The notes under the pieces: model-generated
Seen by the model: the letters and a program-made list of their open reading frames with translations, nothing else
The model's database searches: none
Told to the model about the DNA's origin: nothing
Shown: piece after piece, positions 40,108 through 50,254 of the stretch
Position numbering within the stretch: the first letter of the stretch is position 1
Layout of the letters: every line of letters starts with the position of its first letter
Program-made: the position numbers and the translations under genes
Source of the DNA: Candidatus Poribacteria bacterium
GTDB lineage: Bacteria > Poribacteria > WGA-4E > WGA-3G
Reading direction: 5' to 3'
DNA length: 64,000 bases
Assembly: GCA_965205025.1 (NCBI GenBank)
Contig: CBDBFU010000020.1
Location: forward strand, 302,072 to 366,071

Positions 40108-42081
40108 CTATTTCAAAGCATTTATTATTGCATCTACATCATAGACACAACCTCCCCATGTACCACCACCGACAGATTGTAATGCTGCCCATAGTCGTGT
40201 ATCATCCGGTAACGCTTCATCTGAAGATAAGTCTTCACGTGGTTGTCTTTCAGCTAAAACCCGTTTTCCTTCTTCTGCCCCGTATTCCTTACCATCATTG
40301 CCAATTAGATCAATACTTCCAATGAGTTGCTTTGTATCGACTACAATCTGGATTATATCACCATCAAGTACTTTACCGATAGGACCGTCAGCAAGTGCTT
40401 CAGGACCAACATGTCCAATGCATGCCCCAGTTGAGACACCTGAAAATCGTGCATCAGTTATAAGGGCAATGTTCTTCCCAAATGATAAGTGCTTAAGTGC
40501 AGAGGTAATTTGATATACCTCCTCCATACCTGTTCCTTGTGGTCCACGGCAGCATAAGACAATAATATCACCTGGTATGATTTCTCTTTCTCCTTGTCCC
40601 TTAAGTGTTTGTATTGCTTCAGACTCTCTAACGAAGACCCGTGCTGGACCTGTCATTCGATATACACCATCATCATCAACAACACTTGGATCAATGGCAG
40701 TACTTTTAATGACTGAACCTTCAGGTGAAATGTTTCCTCTTGGAAATGTGACTGTACTTGTCAATCCTGCTTCCTGTGCAGCAACAGGACTTAGTATTAC
40801 ATCATCAGGTGAAATGTTGTCGTGTTCCTGTAAGATATCTCTTACCTTTTGTCTGCGTTCTGATGCTTCCCACCAATCAAGATTTTTGCCAAGTGTTTCA
40901 CCTGTAGTAGTCATGACATCTTCGTTTAGTATACCACCCAAATTCCGTAGATGTAACATAACCTCTGGAACACCACCAGCAAGAAATACGCGTATTGTTG
41001 GATGTCCTACCGGACCATTCGGTAATACATCAACAAGACGTGGGACACTTTGGTTGATTTTTGTCCAATCGTCTACTGTTGGACGGGGGAGACCTGCTGC
41101 ATGTGCAATTGCGGGTATATGTAATAATAGGTTTGTAGAACCACCAAACGCAGCATGAACTACCATAGCATTACGTATAGCATCAGGGGTGACTATATCA
41201 TTGATTGTTAACCCTTTGGTAGCTAAATTCACAACTGCCCGAGCAGAACGTAATCCCATGTCTGACCATATATTTTGTCCTGACGGTGCTAATGCAGTAT
41301 GCGTCAAACTCAAACCCAATGCCTCACCGACAACCTGGGAAGTTGCAGCAGTACCAAGGAATTGACATCCACCACCGGGTGTAGCACAAGCACGGCAACC
41401 CATATCCGCTGCATCTTGTAGACTAATCTCACCATGAGCGAAACGAGCACCAATTGTTTGAATCTTACCTGCATCTTCACCAGTTGTTGGAGGGAGTGTT
41501 ACCCCACCAGGAACAAGCACTGCCGGTAATTCACGCATAGCGGCAAGTGCCATCATCATTGCAGGTAGACCTTTATCACAGGTTGCAACTCCGACCACCC
41601 CTTTTCTTGTTGGTAGAGAGCGAATCAACCTTCTGAATATCTGAGCAGCATCATTACGATATGCCAGACTATCCATCATACCGACTGTACCTTGTGTTCT
41701 TCCATCACACGGATCTGAACAAAATCCTGCAAATGGTATAGCAGCAAGTTCTTTAAGTTCATGGGCTACTGCCTGCATGAGAAGACCGACCTCCCAATGT
41801 CCGGTATGATAACCCAGTGCAATCGGAGAACCGTCTGGGGCACGAATGCCACCTTGAGTACTGAGTATTAGATATTCTTCACGTCGTAGTTCTGTTGGTG
41901 CCCATCCCATTGCAGTGTTATGGCTTAATCCAAAGATATCACCACTGGGTCGATTAAGAAGCATTTCTGGTGTTAGGGGTAGACTACCTTCAGGTCCAGC
42001 AGCATGTGTTTGTATGTCATAAATATCATTATCACTAGTTTCTAAGATATCTGTGTAGTTAATAGATTTAGCCATTATCAA
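40108..42081 (-). CDS. YjhG/YagF-family D-xylonate dehydratase (IlvD/Edd family)
   Basis: [58 protein letters not shown]. Confidence 0.92.
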   Translation of the reverse strand: MIMAKSINYTDILETSDNDIYDIQTHAAGPEGSLPLTPEMLLNRPSGDIFGLSHNTAMGWAPTELRREEYLILSTQGGIRAPDGSPIALGYHTGHWEVGLLMQAVAHELKELAAIPFAGFCSDPCDGRTQGTVGMMDSLAYRNDAAQIFRRLIRSLPTRKGVVGVATCDKGLPAMMMALAAMRELPAVLVPGGVTLPPTTGEDAGKIQTIGARFAHGEISLQDAADMGCRACATPGGGCQFLGTAATSQVVGEALGLSLTHTALAPSGQNIWSDMGLRSARAVVNLATKGLTINDIVTPDAIRNAMVVHAAFGGSTNLLLHIPAIAHAAGLPRPTVDDWTKINQSVPRLVDVLPNGPVGHPTIRVFLAGGVPEVMLHLRNLGGILNEDVMTTTGETLGKNLDWWEASERRQKVRDILQEHDNISPDDVILSPVAAQEAGLTSTVTFPRGNISPEGSVIKSTAIDPSVVDDDGVYRMTGPARVFVRESEAIQTLKGQGEREIIPGDIIVLCCRGPQGTGMEEVYQITSALKHLSFGKNIALITDARFSGVSTGACIGHVGPEALADGPIGKVLDGDIIQIVVDTKQLIGSIDLIGNDGKEYGAEEGKRVLAERQPREDLSSDEALPDDTRLWAALQSVGGGTWGGCVYDVDAIINALK

Positions 42082-42247
42082 CTTTTCTCCTATAAGGCAT
42101 GATTTAAACCAAGTGTTTGATAGGTTGAAATTTATTGACCCAAGAATGTATACAAAGAAAGTACTTTAATGTTGAAGAATATAGGAGATATAAACAAATA
42201 ATCAGTAGTGATGAGAGATGTCATTCGTATTATCGGAGGGTATAAAC

Positions 42248-42721
42248 TTAATCTGTCTTTGGAGGTAATGTCCATCCTCTGATAGTTGCGATCCTTGCAA
42301 GTGCCTTCTGTAACTTAGAGAATGTCTTCTTAATTTTGCTACCTGTACCGAAATATTCTGGGTCTACAACAACTTGTGAATGAGCATAGTTATCTGGACT
42401 GGATTTTGGATTAGGTTCATAAATTACATCAATAATATGTCTAATACTTCTATTCTCAGTTTTCGTCTCTACATCTATTATCTTGCGAATATCTTCAACT
42501 ATAAGACTAACGATTCCATCAGTCTCACTTAATCTTGATAAAAAAGGTGTATATTCTCTTAACTTTGCTCGATCTACTGATGGTTTCTTGCCAATATCTC
42601 GGAAAGCATTACTACGAATTCGTAGTTTCCCATTGTAGTAGATGTATTCTTCTGCATTCAAATGACTTCTTATACTTCGATAGAGTTCCTCATCATCCCA
42701 TACTGAGGCATTTTTACACAT
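42248..42721 (-). CDS. Hypothetical protein Y1, putative ART-like fold toxin
   Basis: E.LYR.I...AF...SVDR...DV.YEP...HSQV motif set shared with 58331..58750; overlaps the upstream stop. Confidence 0.65.
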   Translation of the reverse strand: MCKNASVWDDEELYRSIRSHLNAEEYIYYNGKLRIRSNAFRDIGKKPSVDRAKLREYTPFLSRLSETDGIVSLIVEDIRKIIDVETKTENRSIRHIIDVIYEPNPKSSPDNYAHSQVVVDPEYFGTGSKIKKTFSKLQKALARIATIRGWTLPPKTD

Positions 42722-43496
42722 GAAATAACCATTCCCAAAGTGTTAGATAATAATCACTGCTGAGGATACCTTCGCGCATCTCTGTCTCAATGTTAGTTCC
42801 CCATATCTGTAGATATTCTACCTCATTTTCTGTAATTAAGAGATGTAATTCTCTTTCTTCCTCGTACCATTCAACCGTTATATAACCATCTTCATCGGTA
42901 GAAACAAAAGGAAAATGCCAAGGATATCCAGCAGAAATAATATGATCTAATAATTTCTTAATGAAACTTTGGGCGTGACTTAGAATTAACTCAGATGGTT
43001 TTTTGGAGTTGTAATCATCCCAATTGTCTTCACGTTTTGCTAATACCTCAAAGCGTTCTGATATTTTACGCGTTTCCAAGGTATGGATTCTTTGTTTTCT
43101 GAATTGTCCCGATGTAATATCGTTTGTTGTGTATTCTCCCCACTGAAAATATAGTGATGTCTCAAACCATATAATAGGGACATCACTACCAACAATCTTA
43201 ATATGTTCATTCTTTACTGTATCAATTGACGGGTTTTCCTGTATATTAATATGGGATGTATCCCACCATATTAATTTGTCAGTGCAGAATGATGACATCA
43301 GGTGTGATCGCAAATGGTAGTATTCTTTAAATTCGGTAGTAATATCAACAGATCCAGATGGCTCTAATGGGGGTATAATTAGATTAGGATTATCAGGTGC
43401 TACTATTCCCCATGGCTCGACGTAATGTATCGGTGATGCTCCACTGGAAGATGTTCCAGTTAAGTCGTTTGAATAAATCACATTTTGTAAGGACAT
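42714..43496 (-). CDS. Hypothetical protein X1, putative antitoxin with long N-terminal extension
   Basis: C-terminal domain NWD.Y....P...PFVSTDEDGYITVEWY..E is homologous to 57409 and 57903; start uncertain because it overlaps the upstream gene by 104 nt. Confidence 0.65.
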   Translation of the reverse strand: MSLQNVIYSNDLTGTSSSGASPIHYVEPWGIVAPDNPNLIIPPLEPSGSVDITTEFKEYYHLRSHLMSSFCTDKLIWWDTSHINIQENPSIDTVKNEHIKIVGSDVPIIWFETSLYFQWGEYTTNDITSGQFRKQRIHTLETRKISERFEVLAKREDNWDDYNSKKPSELILSHAQSFIKKLLDHIISAGYPWHFPFVSTDEDGYITVEWYEEERELHLLITENEVEYLQIWGTNIETEMREGILSSDYYLTLWEWLFHV

Positions 43497-44178
43497 CTTC
43501 TACACTCTCTGTTTTACTTTCGGAATAGCAATCTATGTCAACTACATATGATTGTTCGTTTGAAAATTGTTTCTTATTGAACCTACCAGATACCTGAGAT
43601 AGAACATGAGCAACGGTTGCTTTGACTTCACCATCATTAAATTGAGATACTTTCTGCAGTGTTTCAATATCCTTTTCAATAGACATTGTTAATTCTGGAA
43701 AAATATACTCAGGAATAAAAGAAGTAATATAATTTTTTATATGTGGTAGTGAAACCTTATTTGCTACATTTTTATGCCTAAGACCGATTCGAGTAAAATA
43801 AGAAGGTTCATATGTTTCATTGAATATATGTAATACTCTGTCAAGTCTATTTCTATACCCCTCATAATTCTTGTAACTTCCGCTGCAAGTAAATGCAACA
43901 AAGTCTTTGGCTAATGAGAATTTCCAGTCTTTATCTTCAGAAAGGAAATGGTATACTTTATCTGTATTTGAGATTTCATCAAGTTCTCTTGGTATACCGG
44001 TTGGTAAAACAGGAAAATCTGATACAAATTCCGGATAGCCTTCTTTTCTTATTACATCTTGAAAGTCTATGGGTAATCCTTGCGAAATTTTCATAATATC
44101 GGGAAAGCGTGCCTGAAGTAATACTTCAAACAATATATTATGTTCATATTCTGTTCTTTCAACTTCTTCAAATCGCAT
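43393..44178 (-). CDS. TIGR04255-family protein
   Basis: L.EV..Q.RFP, YP, F...D..W...L, Y..YE, RIGLR..N, DID.Y, F.W.IT..L motifs. Confidence 0.8.
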   Translation of the reverse strand: MRFEEVERTEYEHNILFEVLLQARFPDIMKISQGLPIDFQDVIRKEGYPEFVSDFPVLPTGIPRELDEISNTDKVYHFLSEDKDWKFSLAKDFVAFTCSGSYKNYEGYRNRLDRVLHIFNETYEPSYFTRIGLRHKNVANKVSLPHIKNYITSFIPEYIFPELTMSIEKDIETLQKVSQFNDGEVKATVAHVLSQVSGRFNKKQFSNEQSYVVDIDCYSESKTESVEDVLTKCDLFKRLNWNIFQWSITDTLRRAMGNSST

Positions 44179-44217
44179 GGATTAGATGCCTCAAATGGCA
44201 GTTATCAAATAGAAATT

Positions 44218-44245
44218 AGTTTAGATATATTAACATACTTGTCAA
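44218..44245 (-). promoter_or_regulatory. Putative promoter of the TIGR04255 operon
   Basis: Minus strand TTGACA-N16-TAAACT upstream of the GAGG RBS. Confidence 0.5.
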
Positions 44246-44264
44246 GAAATAGCAATATTTTCAA

Positions 44265-44720
44265 TTAGGATTCCAACCAATCTTCGGTTGTACCATCTCC
44301 TAATACTATCCATGCTTTTCTATTCGATTTCTTCAACACTATATCAGACTGAATGTGTTTCACATTTTTAACATGTAGAAAAGTAGCATATTTTGAATTG
44401 CACCATTTTTCCAAGAAAGACCTACGATATGCTAATTCTATCCCTTCAAGTCCAAAAATATCTAAACTAACTTTGTTGCAAATCTCATCAAATACCATAC
44501 TATCAAGTTTTGTTTCAGAGTAATAAGTTTCTACTTCATCTACTTCAAATGACCCTTTAATAGGTCCACCACTTTCTTTCATAATTACATGGTCCCCAAC
44601 ATCTATAGATTCATAGGGTGGAACTTTAACCTTACTGATACGTGTCTCAATAGTCTTGTGTCCATCTAATATTAGATCAAGCCACGGTTGTGTTGAGATT
44701 GCTAAGTGTGTTTTTGGCAT
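44265..44720 (-). CDS. ASCH/PUA-like domain protein
   Basis: HLAI..PWLDLIL.G.KTIE.R.S..K.PPY..I..GD....KESGGP. Confidence 0.85.
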   Translation of the reverse strand: MPKTHLAISTQPWLDLILDGHKTIETRISKVKVPPYESIDVGDHVIMKESGGPIKGSFEVDEVETYYSETKLDSMVFDEICNKVSLDIFGLEGIELAYRRSFLEKWCNSKYATFLHVKNVKHIQSDIVLKKSNRKAWIVLGDGTTEDWLES

Positions 44721-44786
44721 TTTACATCCTTAGAGAAACTTACCTGTATTTTGTTGTTCATTAAATTATTCAGAATACTAAACAAT

Positions 44787-44825
44787 AATACATAGTCGTG
44801 ATTACTTTAATCACGACTATGTATT
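44787..44825 (-). terminator. Perfect hairpin downstream of the cotH-ankyrin gene
   Basis: AATACATAGTCGTGATTA-CTT-TAATCACGACTATGTATT. Confidence 0.65.
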
Positions 44826-44911
44826 TAATAAAATGATAACATTAGGAAAATAGAATCAACTAACCAATTAGCAACCAATAATTGTTGTATTGAAACTTAA
44901 AACTGTCTAAT

Positions 44912-47590
44912 CTATTTTTGTTGATTAGATAGGAGTTTAATTACTTCTTTTCTTCCTGCTTCAACCTTTTTCTTGTCTGCCTTCATTTGTAAAAATCCGA
45001 GAACAAACTCTGTCCATCCCCAATCTATATAAGCACCATCAATTGGTAAGGCACCATCTGATTTTCGAAGATTGCTATCTGCCCCCTTTTCGAGTAGCAG
45101 CTTTGTCGTTTCAACATGACCCAGAAAGACAGATCCGTGTAGTGGAGTTCCACCATCACGATTTTGACCATTAACAGCTGCTCCATTATCAATTAGTAAT
45201 TCGACAGCACCTGTCTTACCATTTAGTGCTGCGAAACTCAATGGAGTCAGGCCAAATTGCTGATCCAATGCATTAACATCTACTTTTTTATTGATGGCAT
45301 TTTTAAGAAATTCAAGGTCTCCATTTGCTGAAGCTTCCCATATATTTGAAGACGATTGAGGTGAGTCTTTCACATGTTCTGATAGGATCTTTATAACCTC
45401 TTCTCTATTCTCTTTGAGTTCCGTCTCATCAATCTCAATTTTTAGAAATCTGAGTATTCCTTGTGTAATTCCCCAATCCGTCTTAGCAGTATCTATTGCT
45501 GTTCCATTAAACGAATTTCGAAGACTTGAATCAGCCCCTCGCTTTAAAAGTATTTTTACTACATCAACACGTCCTAAGAAGGCTGCTGAATGTAAAGCAG
45601 TTCCTTGATCTCTATTCCGTGCATTAATATCTGCACCTTTATCTAATAATAAGTCAACTATATCGGTATGCCCCATTAATGCAGCAGTATTTAATAAAGA
45701 ATCTCCAGACTCAGGATTTCTGGAATTTACATCAATTCCCTTTTCAATTGCCTTCTGTACGAATTCAAGTTTACCGTTGAATGCTGCATCCCAAATATCA
45801 ACCCTTCCTTCTAATTTATTAAGATTAAATTCAGCATTTAACATCTTAGCAATTTTCGCCCTACCGGCACCAAGTTCTTTTGGATCTACTTTAAGTTGAA
45901 ACATCCCCGTGATGAATTCTACCATTCCCCAAGGAGCATATAAACCACTAACAGGAATATCTCCCCCATTGTTTTCTCTATTTACATCAGCCCCTTTTTC
46001 TATGAGAAGTTCTGCCATTTCTGAACGTCCTAAAAAGACTGCAATATGAAGTGGAGTTCCCCCATCCTCTTGTCCAGTATTTACATCTGCACCAAGCTCA
46101 AGAAGCAATTCAGCAGCTTTTAATTGACCAAATAATGTTGCCCAAGATAAAGGTGACATATCTCCTTCATCAGAAAGTTCATTGATTTTAGCACCTTGGT
46201 TAAGGTAATGCCTGATCTCATCAAGATTACCTGTACGAGCCGCCCCCCATAGATTCTTTTGGGGTAATTTAACCATTTCCGGTTTCCCCCAATCCTCATT
46301 TTCTGGGATAACAAACGGAGGGTTAGGTTTTCTATTCCATTCAGGCATTCCACTACTTATTTCACTCAATATGGCACTCTTACGAGTTCTGATAAAATGT
46401 CGTGCTTCTTCTAATTTCTGATCGAATGTTACATTTCTTCGTTCCCACCACTGTTCTTTATCCCCGAATTTTAGCTGCTGAGGTATCATATGTGGTTTTA
46501 CCAAAGTAGCAATTCTATCAACTTCAGCAAGCATTTGATCCTCATTCCAATGTTCATCAAGGATATTCCTAATAGTCTCGGCGTATCTTTCTTTACCCTC
46601 ATCAAGTTGATATAGTTTATACGCGATGAGTCCCTGTGTCTTCACAGATAGAGGCATTCTGGCATTTCTACCACGTTTTTGCATATCAAAGTTGGAGAAT
46701 AGAGAATCAGCACCCCAAGGGAGGAAATGAAACTTATCCGTGTCAGGATTCAAATACACGAAAAAGTTGTTGTTGTTTCCTGAATAACCATCCCAGAAAC
46801 CTAATAATCCCTCAATTGCCCAAAAACGGTAAAAATCATCCAGATCAACCAATTCACCAATTTCTTGTTCAGTTACATGATCTTCAGCAAGTACATCTAT
46901 CAATGCTCTAATATGTTTTCTTCCGCGTTTTTCTTTACCCCTTTTATGTTCAAAACTCATATCCCATTCTTTGTGAAAATCGACGACTGTACCTTCAAAG
47001 AGTGTACCTTTGTCATTCCCAAATGCTCGTTTAAGTAATGGATTTCTGAATGATTCAACATGAGAGTAAACACCCAGATTATTGCCATTGACAGTGACTT
47101 GGGCATACGCACAAAGGGGTGCCGGAGATCCAACTGCATTAAACAGTGCGTACCCCATAAATTGACTAATCTGCATCATATCTTGTTGATTGTTATTGAA
47201 TGTCAAATTCGTCAACCCATCAATTTCACCCTTTTTATCAAATTCATTTAGTTTTATCTTTAAAGATGGACGGTTATGGCTCTGGGATCCGATAAATCCC
47301 TTCTTACGAATACCAACTTTAGGGAATTCCACGCCATCAATACTTACACTTGCTTCAACATAGGTATATGGATGTTCTGGTGGTGCAAATTGGCGGGATG
47401 GTTTTAACACATCTTGGAAAGTCCTTGATTGATATCGAAGTGTATTCCAATTCTCATCTGATATAGTGATTTGTACATCCAGGACGCGATCAGTTGGGAA
47501 TATATCATCATAGGTTAATTCTTTTGCATCAATGCTGAAAGCCATAATTCCTACGCCTATAACTGCTATATATAAGATAACCTTACTCAT
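44912..47590 (-). CDS. Secreted CotH-family kinase fused to three ankyrin-repeat modules
   Basis: Signal peptide; VGIRKKG..GS, PSLKI, LTFNN..QD, G.Y..VE, WDGY..N.NN...Y, F.FLPWG.D; multiple G.TPLH.A...G ankyrin repeats. Confidence 0.9.
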   Translation of the reverse strand: MSKVILYIAVIGVGIMAFSIDAKELTYDDIFPTDRVLDVQITISDENWNTLRYQSRTFQDVLKPSRQFAPPEHPYTYVEASVSIDGVEFPKVGIRKKGFIGSQSHNRPSLKIKLNEFDKKGEIDGLTNLTFNNNQQDMMQISQFMGYALFNAVGSPAPLCAYAQVTVNGNNLGVYSHVESFRNPLLKRAFGNDKGTLFEGTVVDFHKEWDMSFEHKRGKEKRGRKHIRALIDVLAEDHVTEQEIGELVDLDDFYRFWAIEGLLGFWDGYSGNNNNFFVYLNPDTDKFHFLPWGADSLFSNFDMQKRGRNARMPLSVKTQGLIAYKLYQLDEGKERYAETIRNILDEHWNEDQMLAEVDRIATLVKPHMIPQQLKFGDKEQWWERRNVTFDQKLEEARHFIRTRKSAILSEISSGMPEWNRKPNPPFVIPENEDWGKPEMVKLPQKNLWGAARTGNLDEIRHYLNQGAKINELSDEGDMSPLSWATLFGQLKAAELLLELGADVNTGQEDGGTPLHIAVFLGRSEMAELLIEKGADVNRENNGGDIPVSGLYAPWGMVEFITGMFQLKVDPKELGAGRAKIAKMLNAEFNLNKLEGRVDIWDAAFNGKLEFVQKAIEKGIDVNSRNPESGDSLLNTAALMGHTDIVDLLLDKGADINARNRDQGTALHSAAFLGRVDVVKILLKRGADSSLRNSFNGTAIDTAKTDWGITQGILRFLKIEIDETELKENREEVIKILSEHVKDSPQSSSNIWEASANGDLEFLKNAINKKVDVNALDQQFGLTPLSFAALNGKTGAVELLIDNGAAVNGQNRDGGTPLHGSVFLGHVETTKLLLEKGADSNLRKSDGALPIDGAYIDWGWTEFVLGFLQMKADKKKVEAGRKEVIKLLSNQQK

Positions 47591-47730
47591 TTAAAGCTCC
47601 TAAATTTATTTTCATTTCTAATATATTATACCATATTCTGTTGTAAATTTCTTTTTATTATGCAATTTCAGTGTATCAACAAGAATATTTTATATCTTGT
47701 CATAAAACATTATTGAGATAGCATTCATAT

Positions 47731-47897
47731 AAACACCGTGGAAATAAAGAAGCACTTCAAGTCTCTTGTGTTCAATTGGATGTCATCGGGAGTAGTTAAG
47801 ATCGAGGATCGAAATCCCCTCCTACAGAGGAGGGAGAATATGAAAGGATGGAAGAGACGTGAATCAAACTCTTGTTACATTAGACAACTCATGTTTT
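47731..47897 (+). ncRNA. Candidate structured non-coding RNA (strand and family uncertain)
   Basis: Intergenic, richer in GC than its flanks; long-range stem TTCAAGTCTCTT / AAGAGACGTGAA; inner hairpins GGAT-CGAA-ATCC and CCCTCCT-ACAG-AGGAGGG; possible TTGTCA-N16-TAGCAT promoter. Confidence 0.35.
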
Positions 47898-47919
47898 ACA
47901 ATTTAATCAAAATCTATAA

Positions 47920-49740
47920 CTAATATATTGGATATGTTTCCAAAGCATTTTGCCATTTTATCAATTGGGACACACGTAAATCTGATTCTGCTGGTATCTC
48001 GAAGGGTCTTCCTCTTGTATCTACAACTAAGCCTACTACACCACCCGATACCTTTTTCTCCACTGAATTACCAAGACCACCACCAATATCAAATTTACGT
48101 GAGGGTTGTAGCTTTACCGTTACAGTTTCACCAATACCAAGTGGATACATTTTGATTTCTCCAAATGGAATATCCTCAACAATGTTTTCTTTACCTTCAA
48201 ATAGAATCTCAATAGAGACACAAGGATCACCGTCCTTAGAAACTCCAACGGGTGATATACATGTACCAAGATGAATTAGACAATCTCTTTCAAATACCTG
48301 TGTTGCTGCTTCGGGGTTTACTTGTGCCAATACCCCAAGTTGAGGCATCATAAAGATACTATCGACAGCAAGATGCGTAATCCCTTCAGGTTGAAATGCA
48401 TCTATCATCATTAACATAGATTGCTGCCTACGCGGGGCATGTGAAAGTACTCCACCACTTCCAACTATCATATCTAATGACAACATATCAACAAGTGTTT
48501 GTCCACTTTCTGCTTGATCAAATGCTTCAGCAATAGTTCGCTGTTGTTGAACTCCACGCAATTCAACTGCCAATTGTTTATGTTGTTCAAACGCTAATCT
48601 TAACGCCTCTCGTGCAATTGCCTGTTCTAAAACTAATTCCTGCAATGTCTGTGGAATGGTTGTTGGACGGATCATCTTATTCTTTACACGATTTCTGAGA
48701 TCACTCAATTCAATATCAAATGGTACCCATCGTAGGATATTCTCTATACCTGCTTCAGCCAGAACATTCGAAACACTATAACTCATCCCGAGGTTAGCAC
48801 TAACTGTTCTATTAAAGATAGATTCAGATTCTTTATTCTTAAATACTGAAAATACATCCGTCGTTGCCCCACCGATATCAACCCCTACCACTTGGATATC
48901 CTGCTGTGACGATACAGTTTGAATGATTTCACCCACCGCCCCCGGGGTTGGCATAATAGGTGCATCTGTCCACTCAATAAGTTTCTTATATCCAGGTGCA
49001 TGTGCCATGACATGTTCAAGAAACTGTTCCTGAATTTTGTGTCGTGTAGGCATGAGTTCTTCACGTTCTAAAACAGGACGTAGGTTATCAACTATTTCCA
49101 GAGACATGATATCATCTAAACGTTCTCTAATGAGTTCTTGTGCATCAGTATTACCAGCATAGATTAATGGTAATTCATAAGCAATACCCAATCGGGGTTG
49201 GGGTCGTGCTGCAGCAATTATTTCTGCTAACTCAACCACATGAGATGTAGTACCACCATCTACTCCACCTGATAAGAGTAACATATCTGGACGAAGATGT
49301 CTAATACGTTCAATTTTCTCATGAGGTAATCGCTTATCATTAGATGCAATAACATCCATGACAATGGCACCAGCCCCCAAAGCTGCCCGTTCTGCGCTTT
49401 CACCAGTAAGATTACGGACAACACCAGCTACCATCATCTGTAAACCACCACCTGCACTACTGGTTGATATATAGATATCTACACCATCATCACCTGTCTG
49501 CGGTTTTAGGATAACTCCATTTTCAAGGAGTTTACGTCCGGCAAGTTCTTCTACCTCTGTTATAGCATTAATCACACCAGCCGTAACATCTTCAACGGGT
49601 GCTTCGACAGTTGTTGGGGCTTCTCCTCGAACAATAAGATGGTATTCATCATCTCTTTTTTCTATGAGAATTGCCTTAGTAGTTGTACTACCACAATCAG
49701 TTGCGAGAATAGAGCGGAGTTCACTCCCCGATTCGTTCAT
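47920..49740 (-). CDS. Glutamate mutase L (GlmL/MutL-like, ASKHA ATPase) family protein
   Basis: TDCGSTTTKA, STSSAGGGL, LSGGVDGG, YAGN, MPTP, DIGGATTDVFS, RTVSANLGM. Confidence 0.85.
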   Translation of the reverse strand: MNESGSELRSILATDCGSTTTKAILIEKRDDEYHLIVRGEAPTTVEAPVEDVTAGVINAITEVEELAGRKLLENGVILKPQTGDDGVDIYISTSSAGGGLQMMVAGVVRNLTGESAERAALGAGAIVMDVIASNDKRLPHEKIERIRHLRPDMLLLSGGVDGGTTSHVVELAEIIAAARPQPRLGIAYELPLIYAGNTDAQELIRERLDDIMSLEIVDNLRPVLEREELMPTRHKIQEQFLEHVMAHAPGYKKLIEWTDAPIMPTPGAVGEIIQTVSSQQDIQVVGVDIGGATTDVFSVFKNKESESIFNRTVSANLGMSYSVSNVLAEAGIENILRWVPFDIELSDLRNRVKNKMIRPTTIPQTLQELVLEQAIAREALRLAFEQHKQLAVELRGVQQQRTIAEAFDQAESGQTLVDMLSLDMIVGSGGVLSHAPRRQQSMLMMIDAFQPEGITHLAVDSIFMMPQLGVLAQVNPEAATQVFERDCLIHLGTCISPVGVSKDGDPCVSIEILFEGKENIVEDIPFGEIKMYPLGIGETVTVKLQPSRKFDIGGGLGNSVEKKVSGGVVGLVVDTRGRPFEIPAESDLRVSQLIKWQNALETYPIY

Positions 49741-49797
49741 ATAGTTTGTCTCCTATTCCATTTTACTGACAAAATTAATTGCGTTTTTCCTAAATTT

Positions 49798-50232
49798 CTA
49801 ATCCTGATTTTCCACAGACATTTGCGTTTCAAGTGCCTCAATTTTCTCGCGGAGTACCTTAATTTCATCGCCTTGTTGAGAACGCATTTTGATATATTGA
49901 TAGGTGATGAATCCCATCGGCACAGCGACAAATCCTATAATGGATGCAATCAGTGCTACTATTAGCGAACTATGAAATGATAAGCGTTCCCCGAAGTTTT
50001 TCTCTAAAGCTTGAATGTCCCCGGAGAGGCGTTTATCTAAATTTTGAATGTCTCCAGAGAGACGTTTCTCTACCTCTGTGATATGTCCTATGATACGTTT
50101 CTCTAACCGCGCTTCGGATTCATTCACAATCTCTCGAATTTTGTCTAAATCTTCAACGGTTAATGCAGCGAACGCAGATAGGTTGGAACATAAAAACCAT
50201 GTTATTATAAAAACGAAACTTAACCTTTTCAT
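49798..50232 (-). CDS. Hypothetical secreted/membrane coiled-coil protein
   Basis: Signal peptide; repeated (E/D)KRLSGDIQ; C-terminal TM helix; GGAG RBS. Confidence 0.75.
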   Translation of the reverse strand: MKRLSFVFIITWFLCSNLSAFAALTVEDLDKIREIVNESEARLEKRIIGHITEVEKRLSGDIQNLDKRLSGDIQALEKNFGERLSFHSSLIVALIASIIGFVAVPMGFITYQYIKMRSQQGDEIKVLREKIEALETQMSVENQD

Positions 50233-50254
50233 AACGTTCTCTCCATATTTGACT

